DNA of 64,000 bases from Solirubrobacteraceae bacterium (GTDB taxonomy: Bacteria; Actinomycetota; Thermoleophilia; Solirubrobacterales; Solirubrobacteraceae), in NCBI GenBank assembly GCA_036490435.1, contig DASXDW010000206.1, positions 92-64,091 on the forward strand. Reading direction: 5' to 3'. The notes below the pieces were generated by a model. It had not been told where the DNA came from. It made no database searches and saw only the letters and a list, made by a program, of their open reading frames with translations. This document shows, piece by piece, positions 30,700-39,869 of the stretch. Both the position numbers and the translations under genes were made by a program. Positions within the stretch are counted from its first letter, which is position 1, and every line of letters begins with the position of its first letter.

Positions 30700-32583
30700 T
30701 TAGTAGAGGTCCTGGACCTGCACCGACCAGCCGGCCTGGTCGCCGCCCGGGGTCACCTGGACGTCGTAGTCGCCGGCGCCCTTGGAGAACGTCTGGACCT
30801 CGTTGGTGCCGTTCTGCAGGCCGAAGCCGGCGACGTAGCGGCCGGCGGCGTCGGTGACGCGTGCGGTTGGCCCCGAGCAGAACAGGATCCACGTGCAGGT
30901 GCCCTGGAAGTCCATCTTGTAGACGACGCGCCAGCGCTCGCCCTGGATGTGGACGACGCCCGAGCTGCGGCCGTCAAACGTCGTCACCGTGTGCCAGCTG
31001 GGCACCTCGGCCACGTTCAGCGTGACGATCGAGCCACGGGGCCGATGGCCGCCCGCGGGCGTCTGACCCACGACCGTTCCCGGCGAGGTCCCGGGCGCCG
31101 GCACGTCGCGGACGTGGGTCCGGAGCCCCAGGCGGTGCAGCGAGCTCTGCGCGTCAGCGACGTCCTGGTGTACGACGTTGAGCACCTGCACCGGCGCGGG
31201 CCCTTTGCTGATCGTCAGATGCACCGTGGTGCCCCGCGCCACGCGGGCGCGCCCACGCGGAGACTCCCCGATGACCGTGCCGGCCGCCGCGGCGGCGTCG
31301 TAGCTCCGGTGCGTGCTCACACGCAGGTGGGCGCGGCGCAGCGCGGACAGCGCGTGGCCTCGCGAGCGATGCAGCACGGACGGGACGCGCGCGTAGGTGG
31401 TGTGGCCGATGACCAGGGCGGCGGCCACCATCGCCACGAGCAGGGCGATCACGACCCCGACGGCCGCGATCGCCCGGCGGCGCCGTGACGGGTTGACGTT
31501 GTGCCGCGGCGAGTACTGCGGCGCGCGCCGGGTCCCATGAGGGCCGCGGGGCGTGGGCGGTGAGGGCGGTTTGGGCGGCTCGGGGGTGCGGATCGGGGTG
31601 TTGGGCGGGCCCATCGGCACTCCGTCCCCGCCCGACCACAGTGGCGCGGGGCGCTGCGGGGCGGCCGGCGTGCTGGCGCCGACGAGCTCGCGGCGCGATG
31701 CGCGATCCGCGCTCCGCGTCCGGGTCGCCGCCGTGGATCGCGCGCGGGTTGCGCCGGTCGAGCCGCGGCGGGCGGTCAGGAGGGCGTCGGCCATCTCGGC
31801 GCCGTCGGCGTAGCGCCGGGCGGGGTCCTTGGCCAGGGCCCGGGTCGCGATCTCGACGAGCGGCGCCGGCAGCCGCGCTGACAGGGGCGGCGGGGGCTCC
31901 TGCAGGTGCAACAGGGCCAACTCGACCACCGAGGCGGCGGTGAACGGCGGAGCGCCCGAGAGCATCTCGTAGAGGACCACCCCGGCGCTGTAGACGTCGG
32001 TGGCGGAGGTCGTGGGGCGCCCGCGGCCCTGCTCGGGTGCCATGTAGCGCGGCGTGCCGACGATCGAGGCGGCGGTGCCGTCGGTGGTGCTCTCGGCCAG
32101 CCGCGCGACCCCGAAGTCTCCGACCTTCACCCGGCCATCGGTGGAGAGCAGGATGTTGGCGGGCTTGACATCGCGGTGCACGATGCGCTGGGCGTGCGCG
32201 CCGGCCAGCGCGCGGCACAGCTGCCCAGCGATCCCGCAGGCCTCCCAGGCGGGGAGCGGGCCCCGGCGCAGCCGGGCGGCGAGGCTCTCGCCGTGCACCA
32301 GCTCAGAGACGTAGTAGAGGCCCTCCGGCGCGTGGCCGACGTCGTAGATCTGGACGATTCCGGGATCGCTGACGCGGGCCAGGAGGCGGGTCTCGCGCTC
32401 GAAGGTGGCCACCCACTCGGGATCGTCGGCCCACCACGGCTTGATGACCTTGACGGCCACCTGCCGCTCCAGCCGGCGGTCAAAACCCTCGTAGACGCGG
32501 CCGAACGCGCCCTCGCCCAGGATCGTGCGGAGCTCGTAGCGGTCGTCCAGGGCGCTGCCGGACAGGTCGGGGGCATAGGGCAT
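30700..32583 (-). CDS. Ser/Thr protein kinase with TM and two PASTA domains
   Basis: LGEGAFG, VAVK, HRDVKPANIL, DFG, YMAPE; Pro-rich linker; TM; PASTA repeats. Confidence 0.93.
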   Translation of the reverse strand: MPYAPDLSGSALDDRYELRTILGEGAFGRVYEGFDRRLERQVAVKVIKPWWADDPEWVATFERETRLLARVSDPGIVQIYDVGHAPEGLYYVSELVHGESLAARLRRGPLPAWEACGIAGQLCRALAGAHAQRIVHRDVKPANILLSTDGRVKVGDFGVARLAESTTDGTAASIVGTPRYMAPEQGRGRPTTSATDVYSAGVVLYEMLSGAPPFTAASVVELALLHLQEPPPPLSARLPAPLVEIATRALAKDPARRYADGAEMADALLTARRGSTGATRARSTAATRTRSADRASRRELVGASTPAAPQRPAPLWSGGDGVPMGPPNTPIRTPEPPKPPSPPTPRGPHGTRRAPQYSPRHNVNPSRRRRAIAAVGVVIALLVAMVAAALVIGHTTYARVPSVLHRSRGHALSALRRAHLRVSTHRSYDAAAAAGTVIGESPRGRARVARGTTVHLTISKGPAPVQVLNVVHQDVADAQSSLHRLGLRTHVRDVPAPGTSPGTVVGQTPAGGHRPRGSIVTLNVAEVPSWHTVTTFDGRSSGVVHIQGERWRVVYKMDFQGTCTWILFCSGPTARVTDAAGRYVAGFGLQNGTNEVQTFSKGAGDYDVQVTPGGDQAGWSVQVQDLY

Positions 32584-32638
32584 GGGCGGCTTTTAGTGTG
32601 CTGACGCGGCCAGTCGGCGCCGGCGCAGGGCACTAAGG

Positions 32639-35389
32639 CTACCCGGTGTTGCGCAGCCCGCTGGCGATCCCGTTGATCGTGAGCAGGCTCACGCGGCCCA
32701 GTTGCTCGGGGGACTCGCCGGCCCCCATGCCGCCGCGCCGCAGGCGCCGCAGCAGCTCGACCTGGACGAACGAGAGGGGGTCCACGAACGGGTTGCGCCG
32801 GTCAATCGACGCCTGGAGCACCGGCTCGCCGTCCAAAAGGCGCTCCCCGCCGGTGATGAGCACCAGTTCCTCGATGGTCCGCAGAAGCTCGGCCTCGAGC
32901 GGGACCCAGATCCGCTCGCGCGCGGCCACGTCGTCCCACAGGTCCACGTAGCGACGCGCGATCCCCAAGTCGGCCTTTGCGCACCCCATCTCCGCGTTGG
33001 AGAGGACGCTGGTGAAGAACGGCCACTCGGCGGCCATCCGCTGCAGCAACTCCAGGCCGTGGCGCTCGCGGGCGTGGCGCAGCGCGGTGCCCAGCCCCAG
33101 CCACGCCGGCAGCACGATCCGGGCCTGCGTCCAGCTGAACACCCACGGGATCGCCCGCAGGTCCTCGATCCCGCCCGCCGCTGTGCGCTTGGCGGGCCGG
33201 CTGCCCAGGCGCAGGCGGCTGATCTCGCTCACGGGCGTGACCGCCTCAAAGAAGGCGACGAAGTCAGGGTCGTCATGGACGAGCGAGCGGTACACCGCGG
33301 CCGACTCGTCCGCCATCTCGGCCAGGAGACGCGCGAAGCGCTCTGACTCGTGGTGGGGCCGAGAGCGCCCTGTCGCCAAGGTGGCGCTCGCGGCCAACTC
33401 GAGCTCACGGTGGGCGATCTCGGGCACGGCGTACTTGGCGGTGAGGACCTCGCCCTGCTCGGTCATCTTCAGGCGGCCGCGGACGGTGCCCGGCGGCAGC
33501 GACAGGATCGCGCCGTTGGTGGGGCCGCCTCCGCGGCCCACCGCGCCGCCCCGCCCGTGAAAGAAGCACCAGCTCACGTCGTGGCGGGCCAGGACCTCGG
33601 CCAGGCGCACCTGCGCCGTATACGCCGCCCACGCCGAGGCGAGATACCCGACGTCCTTGTTGGAGTCCGAGTAGCCGATCATGATCTCCTGCTCATCGCC
33701 GACCGCCCGCAGCGCCTGGCGGTACACCGGCATCGACAGCAGCCGCTCCATCGTCTGCGGCGCGTCCCGGAGCGTCGCGCCCGCCTCAAAGAGCGGGACG
33801 ACGCGAAGCGCCGCCAGCTCGCCGCCGGCGCGGCAGAGGCTGGCCTCCTTCATGAGCAGGAGCACCTCGAGCAGGTCGGCCGGCCCCTCGCTGCCGGAGA
33901 CGATGTAGGTCTGGATCGCCCCGCGGTCGCGGTCCTCGAGCGTCGTGCGCAGCGTGCGGAAGGTCCGGATTGTGTCCCGCGTGGGCTCTGAGAAGCGGTC
34001 GATGTCGGTGGGGATCAGCGGCCGCCGGTCGGCGATCTGGGCCTGGAGCAGGGTCACGCGCTCCTCGTCAGGCAGGCCCTCGTAGTCCTCGCAGACGTGC
34101 AGCGCGCCGTAGATCTCGGCCAGGGCCCGGCGATGGATGCCGGCATGCTCGCGGATGTCCAGCCGCGCGAAGTGAAAGCCGAACACCTCCACCTGGCGGA
34201 TGACATCGCGCAGGTCAGAGCCGGCGGTGAGGGCGCCCTGCCCCTGACGCAGCGACGCCTCGACGCACCGCAGGTCGGCGAGCAGCTCCTCGGGCTCGGC
34301 GTAGGCGCCCTCGGCGCGCGCCTGCGTGGCGCGGATGCGCTCGCGCATGAACGTCAGCGCCCGTCGGTAGGGCTCCTCGGGGTTCAGGCCGGCGAGGCGC
34401 TCGGCCAGGTCGGGGAAGCGCTCGCGCCCGGCGGTCAGGACCGGCTCCAGGCCCGGCGCGGTTCCGGTCAGGCGGTCTGAGAGCGAGAGCCGCCCGGCGA
34501 GCTGCTCGAGCCGCGCCTCGATGAGCCGCAGGCACTGCTCGCGCATGAGCTCGAGCGCCGCCACCGTCGTCTCCGGGGTGACGAACGGATTGCCGTCGCG
34601 GTCGCCCCCGATCCACGACCCGAAGCTGAGCAGCGGCGGCACCGCAAGCGAGTGGTCGACGGCCTCCGGGTAGAACTCCGCGACGGCCTCCTCGAGGTCG
34701 CGATAGATGCGCGGCACGGTGTCGGCCAGCGTCGAGGAGAAGTGGATGAGCCCGCCGCGGACCTCGTCGGAGACCGTGAGCTCGGCCGCGCGCAGGTCGT
34801 CTGAGCCCCACAGCTCCTGGACGGTGGCCAGCAGCCGGCGGCGGGCGTCGGGCGCCGGGGTCTGGGCGCGCTCGTCGAGCTCGCGTAGGACGCCGAACAC
34901 GCGCGCCAGCTTGTCGATCGTCGTCCGCCGGCGGGCCTCGGTGGGATGGGCGGTCATCACCAGGCGTAGCTCCGCGTTGCCGAGGACCTCGGCGAGCTCG
35001 TCGGCGCTCGTGCCGGCCTCCTGCAATGAGGCCACGACATGGCGCATCGAACCCACGCGGGGGCGCTCGGGGTCGGCGGCATCGCGGGCGCGCAGCCGGC
35101 GGACCCGCTCGTTGTCCTCGGCTAGGTTGACGAGCTGGAACCACCGCGTGAGGGATCGCACCAGCACCTCGGTCTCATCGAGGGTGAGGCCGGCCACGAG
35201 CGCGGCCAGGCGGTCAGCGGCCAGCTCATCGCCGAAGCGCGCCTCCTGCCCGAGCGCGACCGCGTCGTCGAGCAGGCGCAATATCCGCGGCCCACCCACC
35301 CCGTCGCCCAGCGCGATCACCTCGCGCAGGACATCGGTGAGCAGCGCCTCGTCGGCGACGAAGTCCCTGCGAGCGGTGGTGAGGCTCAT
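32639..35389 (-). CDS. ppc: Phosphoenolpyruvate carboxylase
   Basis: VMTAHPTE, SWIGGDRDGNP, MIGYSDSNKD, FHGRGG..GRGG, LRAIPWVFSWTQ, C-term LRNTG. Confidence 0.97.
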   Translation of the reverse strand: MSLTTARRDFVADEALLTDVLREVIALGDGVGGPRILRLLDDAVALGQEARFGDELAADRLAALVAGLTLDETEVLVRSLTRWFQLVNLAEDNERVRRLRARDAADPERPRVGSMRHVVASLQEAGTSADELAEVLGNAELRLVMTAHPTEARRRTTIDKLARVFGVLRELDERAQTPAPDARRRLLATVQELWGSDDLRAAELTVSDEVRGGLIHFSSTLADTVPRIYRDLEEAVAEFYPEAVDHSLAVPPLLSFGSWIGGDRDGNPFVTPETTVAALELMREQCLRLIEARLEQLAGRLSLSDRLTGTAPGLEPVLTAGRERFPDLAERLAGLNPEEPYRRALTFMRERIRATQARAEGAYAEPEELLADLRCVEASLRQGQGALTAGSDLRDVIRQVEVFGFHFARLDIREHAGIHRRALAEIYGALHVCEDYEGLPDEERVTLLQAQIADRRPLIPTDIDRFSEPTRDTIRTFRTLRTTLEDRDRGAIQTYIVSGSEGPADLLEVLLLMKEASLCRAGGELAALRVVPLFEAGATLRDAPQTMERLLSMPVYRQALRAVGDEQEIMIGYSDSNKDVGYLASAWAAYTAQVRLAEVLARHDVSWCFFHGRGGAVGRGGGPTNGAILSLPPGTVRGRLKMTEQGEVLTAKYAVPEIAHRELELAASATLATGRSRPHHESERFARLLAEMADESAAVYRSLVHDDPDFVAFFEAVTPVSEISRLRLGSRPAKRTAAGGIEDLRAIPWVFSWTQARIVLPAWLGLGTALRHARERHGLELLQRMAAEWPFFTSVLSNAEMGCAKADLGIARRYVDLWDDVAARERIWVPLEAELLRTIEELVLITGGERLLDGEPVLQASIDRRNPFVDPLSFVQVELLRRLRRGGMGAGESPEQLGRVSLLTINGIASGLRNTG

Positions 35390-35497
35390 CCACGCAGATG
35401 TTCACAGATACGGCGAGAGCCGCCCCGCAGCGTGAGCCGCCCCGGCCCCGGCGGCGCCTCTCGCGTGGGCCGCCCCGCCCCGGGCGGCCCTCACCTC

Positions 35498-35800
35498 CTA
35501 AAGGAGGCTCTCCTCTTCGACCGGGAACCCGACCGCGAACTCCAGGTCGAGGTACTCGTCGTCGACGTACTCGAGCGTGCGCGACACGCGCGCCGAGCGG
35601 CCCGACCGAGGGCCCAGCACGTGGCGCAGCCGCCGGCCGTAGCCAGCCACGGTCAGCCCGCTGCGGGCCCGCCGGCGCAAGCGGCGGGGAGTGAGCTCGG
35701 CCTCGAAGCGCTCGTCTGGTCCCGGTCCGGCGCGAGTCGAATAGGGGCCGCCCCTACCCGTGCGAGAGAGCAGCAAGAACTCGTCTCGATTGAGATTCAT
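35498..35800 (-). CDS. Hypothetical 100-aa protein, Arg-rich middle and acidic C-terminus
   Basis: SD GAGGA before ATG; MNLNRDEFLLL...YVDDEYLDLEFAVGFPVEEESLL. Confidence 0.55.
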   Translation of the reverse strand: MNLNRDEFLLLSRTGRGGPYSTRAGPGPDERFEAELTPRRLRRRARSGLTVAGYGRRLRHVLGPRSGRSARVSRTLEYVDDEYLDLEFAVGFPVEEESLL

Positions 35801-36030
35801 GGCTTCTTCCTCATGTATGAATGGTGTGGTGACAGCGCATGTGTCACTTCCAGGCAGCACTGAGTGACTCGCGGTTGCGCGAGTGTCACTTCGTGCGCCC
35901 GGGCGGCGGCGCGCTGATGTGGTTACGTCAGGACCGGCGCGGGCCGGTCGGGCTGGGAATCTCGGCTAGACGCCGGTGATACGAGATGTGAGCATGGTGT
36001 TCTCCGTCCATCGTGAGCGATTTAGGGCAC

Positions 36031-36054
36031 AAAAAAGGCGACCCGTGGGTCGCC
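36031..36054 (-). terminator. Intrinsic terminator (attenuator candidate)
   Basis: Minus strand GGCGACCC-AC-GGGTCGCC-TTTTTT. Confidence 0.85.
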
Positions 36055-36086
36055 CTTGCTTCGAGTTTCGCTATGCGCAAGCTTGG

Positions 36087-36272
36087 TCAGCCTGCGCTCC
36101 TCGCAGCAAGGGCATCAATATCGTTGGAGGCCTCGGCGATCGCCGTACGCGGACCCGTGTGGCCCCACAGGGAGTTCCCGGCGCTACCCACGCGGCCCGT
36201 CCGCACGTCGAAACCGACGCCGCTGCCGGGCGCCGTCTTGGCCATGAGAGAGGTGTGGAGGGGGCTGGTCAT
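36087..36272 (-). CDS. Putative 61-aa leader peptide
   Basis: GGAG 8 nt before ATG; lies between a promoter and a terminator. Confidence 0.5.
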   Translation of the reverse strand: MTSPLHTSLMAKTAPGSGVGFDVRTGRVGSAGNSLWGHTGPRTAIAEASNDIDALAARSAG

Positions 36273-36299
36273 AGGGGTGACTCCAATAAGGACACCGCC

Positions 36300-36328
36300 A
36301 GAGTAACTCACGCTGACACGGAATGCAA
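36300..36328 (-). promoter_or_regulatory. Sigma70-type promoter
   Basis: TTGCAT-N17-TACTCT on minus strand. Confidence 0.6.
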
Positions 36329-36410
36329 GCAATTGACACAAAGAATTTGCACTTCCGCGCGGATCGTGACTCCGTGTGGCGCTGCCGGGCGCCCGGATAC
36401 CCTCTTCAGA

Positions 36411-39400
36411 GTGCTCTGCATCCACCGAGCCTCCCGGGCCGACAGCCTCGCCGACGCCCTCGCCGCGCTCCTCTCCGAGACCCCGGCGGACCCTTTCGCG
36501 CCCGAGGTCGTCGCCGTCCCGACGCGCGGCATGGAGCGGTGGCTGACCCAGCGCATGTCCTCGGTCCTCGGCGCCCGCGCGGGACGCTCCGACGGGGTCT
36601 GTGCCAACGTCGAGTTTCCCTCCCCCCATCGGCTCGTCACCGACGCGGTGGCCGCCGCATCCGGGATCGACCCGGCCGAGGACCCATGGCTGCCTGAGCG
36701 CTCGGTATGGCCTCTGCTCGGCGTCGTGGAGGAGTCGCTATCCGAGCCGTGGCTGGCCACGCTGGCGGCCTATCTCGGCGCCAACACGGGGCCCGCGGAC
36801 CCGATGCGCCCCGCCCGCCACAGCCGCCGCCTCACCACGGTGCGCCACCTGGCCGGCCTGTTTGACCGCTACTCCGTGCACCGGCCCGAGATGCTCGCCG
36901 CATGGGCGCGCGGCGAGGACCACGACGCCGTGGGCGCTCCGCTTCCCGCCGCATCGGCCTGGCAGGCCGAGCTCTGGCGGCGCCTGCGCGCGCGTATTGG
37001 GGTGCCCGATCTGGCCGAGCGCACCGGCCGCGCCTGCGAGCGGATCGCCGACGACCCGGGGCTGCTGGACCTGCCTGCGCGGCTGACCCTGTTCGGCCTG
37101 ACCCGGGTTCCGGCGGGCCACCTGGAGATCATGCGGGCGCTGGCGACCGGGCGCGACCTACACCTGTTCCTGTTACACCCGTCCCCGGCGCTATGGGAGA
37201 AGGTGACACACGGCGCTGCCGGCGAGCCGGTCGTGCGCCGCGAGGCCGACCGCACCGTCGCCCTGGCGGACAACCGGCTGCTCGCCTCCTGGGGCCGCGA
37301 CTCTCGCGAGATGCAGCTGGTGCTGACCGCGGGGACGCCGGAGAGGTCGGACACCCATCACCCCTCGCCCCCGGCTCCCGACACGCTGCTCGGCCGCATC
37401 CAGCGGGATGTGCGCGAGGACCGCGGCGCGCCCGGGGCACCGCTGCCGGGAGCCGCGGACGTGCGCCCGGTGCTTGACCCCGATGACCGGAGTGTCGAGA
37501 TCCACTCCTGCCACGGGCGCGCACGCCAGGTCGAGGTGATCCGCGACGCCATTCTGCACGCGCTCGCCGAGGACCCGTCGCTCGAGCCCCGCGACGTGAT
37601 CGTCATGTGCCCCGACATCGAGACGTTCGCTCCGCTCATCCAGGCGACCTTCGGCGCCGGCGAGACTCAGGACGAGGGCGCCATCGACCTGCGGGTCCGT
37701 CTCGCCGACCGTTCGCTGCGCCAGACCAACCCGGTGCTCGGCGTCGTCGCCCAGCTCCTGGAGCTCGCCGAGCAGCGCCTCACCGCCTCCCAGGTGCTCG
37801 ACCTCGCCGACCGCGGCCCGGTGCGCCGCCGCTTCCGCCTCGACGACGATGACATCACCCGCCTGGCCGATTGGATCTCCCAGGCGGGCATCCGCTGGGG
37901 CCTCGACGCCCCTCACCGCACGCGGTACAAGCTCGAAGCGCTTGACAGCGGCACCTGGCAGACCGGCCTGGAGCGGCTCCTGCTGGGGGTGACGATGACC
38001 GAGGACAACCAGCGCCTGTTCGCCGGCGTGCTGCCGCTCGATGACGTCGACAGCCGCGCCATCGACCTGGCCGGCCGTTTCACCGAGCTGGTCACGCGCG
38101 TGGGAGAGACGGTGCGGTCGTTGGGCGCGCACCAGACGCTCCCTGACTGGGCCGAGGCGATCGCGCAGGCCGCCGACACGCTCACTGCGACCACGGTGCG
38201 CGACCGCTGGCAGCGCGCCGAGCTGCAGCGAGTGCTCGACGAGCTGGTGGCCGAGGCCGGCGATGCCTCACCGGCGAAGCTCGCACCCGCGGAGGTGCGC
38301 GCGCTGCTGGCGCGGCGGCTGGAGGGCCGCCCCACGCGGGCCAACTTCCGCACCGGCCACCTCACCGTCTGCACGCTGCAGCCGATGCGCTCGGTACCCC
38401 ACCGCGTCGTCTGCCTGCTCGGGCTCGACGACAGCGCCTTCCCGCGCAAGGCACCGCGTGACGGCGACGATCTCATGCTCGAGCGCCCCCATCTGGGCGA
38501 GCGCGACCCCCGCAGCGAGGACCGCCAGCTGCTGCTCGACGCGCTGCTGGCCGCCGGCGAGCGCCTGATCATCACCTTCACCGGCAACGACGAGCGCACC
38601 AACGCGCCCCGCCCCGCTGCCGTCCCCGTGGGCGAGCTGCTTGACGCGATCGACGCCACCGTGCGCTGCGAGGACGGTCAGCCGCCGCGCGAGCGCGTCG
38701 TGGTCCGCCACCCGCTCCAGCCGTTTGACCCGCGCAACTTCATCGCCGGGCACATCGCCGGCCCGCGCCCGTGGAGCTTTGACGGCGCCGCGCTGGCCGG
38801 GGCCCGCGCTCTGGCGGGCTCGCGCTCTGAGCCTCCCCCGTTCCTGCACGGGCCGCTGCCGCCGCGGGCGTCGGGGGTGGTCGAGCTGGCCGACCTGGTG
38901 CGCTTCGTCGAACATCCCGTGCGCGCGTTCCTGCGCCAGCGCCTCGGGATCAGCCTGTACTCGGCGTCCGACGACATCGCGGACGAACTGTCGGTCGAGC
39001 TTGACGGCCTCCAGCGCTGGGGCGTGGGTCAGCGGCTGCTCGAGGCGCGGCTGCGCGGCATCGACCAGCGCACCGCGATCCTGGCCGAGATCGCGCGCGG
39101 GACGCTGCCGCCGGGCGTGCTGGGCAAGCCGGTGATCGACGGCCTCTCGCCGATCGTGACGGGGATCGTGGAGCGCGCTCGCGCGGTGAACCAGACCCCG
39201 CCCCACCCAGGAACCGGCGCCGGCAGCGGGGCGGGCGGGGATCCGATTGACGTGCGCGTCGCCCTGGACGACGACCGCCTGCTCAGCGGCACCGTCACCG
39301 GCGTCAGCGGTGACCTGCTGCTGGCCACCACCTTCTCGCGCGTCTCGGCCAAGCACCGGATCGCCGCCTGGGTGCGACTGCTCGCCCTGACGGCGAGCTC

Positions 39401-39869
39401 GCCCGAGCGGCCGTTCGCGGCGGCGACGGTCGGGCGCGGCCAGGGACGCGACGACGTGCGGACGGCATGGGTGGAGCCGCTCGGCGCCGACGTCGATGAG
39501 CGCCGCACCGTGGCCCGCGCCGAACTGGCGGTGCTGATGGACCTCTATGACCGGGGCATGCGCGAGCCGCTGCCGATGTTCTGCTTGACGTCGGCCGCCT
39601 ACGCGCAGGCCGCGCGCCAGGGCCAGGACGGCTACGCCGCTGCGCTGAAGGAGTGGGAGACCGAGTGGAATCGCGAGCGCGAGGACCGCGACGCCGAGCA
39701 TCAGATGGCCATGGGCGGCGTGCTCACGCTCACCGAGGTGCTGGAGATCGCGCCCGGCGGGGGCGAGACGGGCGCGGGGTGGCCTGAGTCCGAGGACTCG
39801 CGCTTCGGCCGGCTGGCCCGCCGGCTGTGGGAGGGCCTGCTGGCGCGAGAGGAGGTGCGGGTCCGGTGA
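36411..39869 (+). CDS. recC: Exodeoxyribonuclease V gamma subunit
   Basis: GTG start; DPFAPEVVAVPTRGMERWL, HSCHG.ARQVEV, VMCPDIE, ANFRTG..TVCTLQPMRSVPHRVVCLLG, HPLQPFD. Confidence 0.95.
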   Translation: MLCIHRASRADSLADALAALLSETPADPFAPEVVAVPTRGMERWLTQRMSSVLGARAGRSDGVCANVEFPSPHRLVTDAVAAASGIDPAEDPWLPERSVWPLLGVVEESLSEPWLATLAAYLGANTGPADPMRPARHSRRLTTVRHLAGLFDRYSVHRPEMLAAWARGEDHDAVGAPLPAASAWQAELWRRLRARIGVPDLAERTGRACERIADDPGLLDLPARLTLFGLTRVPAGHLEIMRALATGRDLHLFLLHPSPALWEKVTHGAAGEPVVRREADRTVALADNRLLASWGRDSREMQLVLTAGTPERSDTHHPSPPAPDTLLGRIQRDVREDRGAPGAPLPGAADVRPVLDPDDRSVEIHSCHGRARQVEVIRDAILHALAEDPSLEPRDVIVMCPDIETFAPLIQATFGAGETQDEGAIDLRVRLADRSLRQTNPVLGVVAQLLELAEQRLTASQVLDLADRGPVRRRFRLDDDDITRLADWISQAGIRWGLDAPHRTRYKLEALDSGTWQTGLERLLLGVTMTEDNQRLFAGVLPLDDVDSRAIDLAGRFTELVTRVGETVRSLGAHQTLPDWAEAIAQAADTLTATTVRDRWQRAELQRVLDELVAEAGDASPAKLAPAEVRALLARRLEGRPTRANFRTGHLTVCTLQPMRSVPHRVVCLLGLDDSAFPRKAPRDGDDLMLERPHLGERDPRSEDRQLLLDALLAAGERLIITFTGNDERTNAPRPAAVPVGELLDAIDATVRCEDGQPPRERVVVRHPLQPFDPRNFIAGHIAGPRPWSFDGAALAGARALAGSRSEPPPFLHGPLPPRASGVVELADLVRFVEHPVRAFLRQRLGISLYSASDDIADELSVELDGLQRWGVGQRLLEARLRGIDQRTAILAEIARGTLPPGVLGKPVIDGLSPIVTGIVERARAVNQTPPHPGTGAGSGAGGDPIDVRVALDDDRLLSGTVTGVSGDLLLATTFSRVSAKHRIAAWVRLLALTASSPERPFAAATVGRGQGRDDVRTAWVEPLGADVDERRTVARAELAVLMDLYDRGMREPLPMFCLTSAAYAQAARQGQDGYAAALKEWETEWNREREDRDAEHQMAMGGVLTLTEVLEIAPGGGETGAGWPESEDSRFGRLARRLWEGLLAREEVRVR

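Noticed and set aside
36087-36225. tmRNA resemblance on minus strand: CGGTTTCGAC followed about 70 nt later by codons for AEASNDIDALAA
   Set aside because: No GGGG 5' acceptor strand, no T-arm/CCA 3' end, no A-rich resume signal, frame continues RSAG past ALAA, and the region is too short; cmsearch with the tmRNA model would settle it
36333-36338. Perfect TTGACA on plus strand upstream of recC
   Set aside because: No -10 hexamer at 16-18 nt spacing
35976-36410. N-terminal extension of recC in the ORF track
   Set aside because: RecC-like sequence starts at GTG 36411; the upstream region carries minus-strand promoter, ORF and terminator
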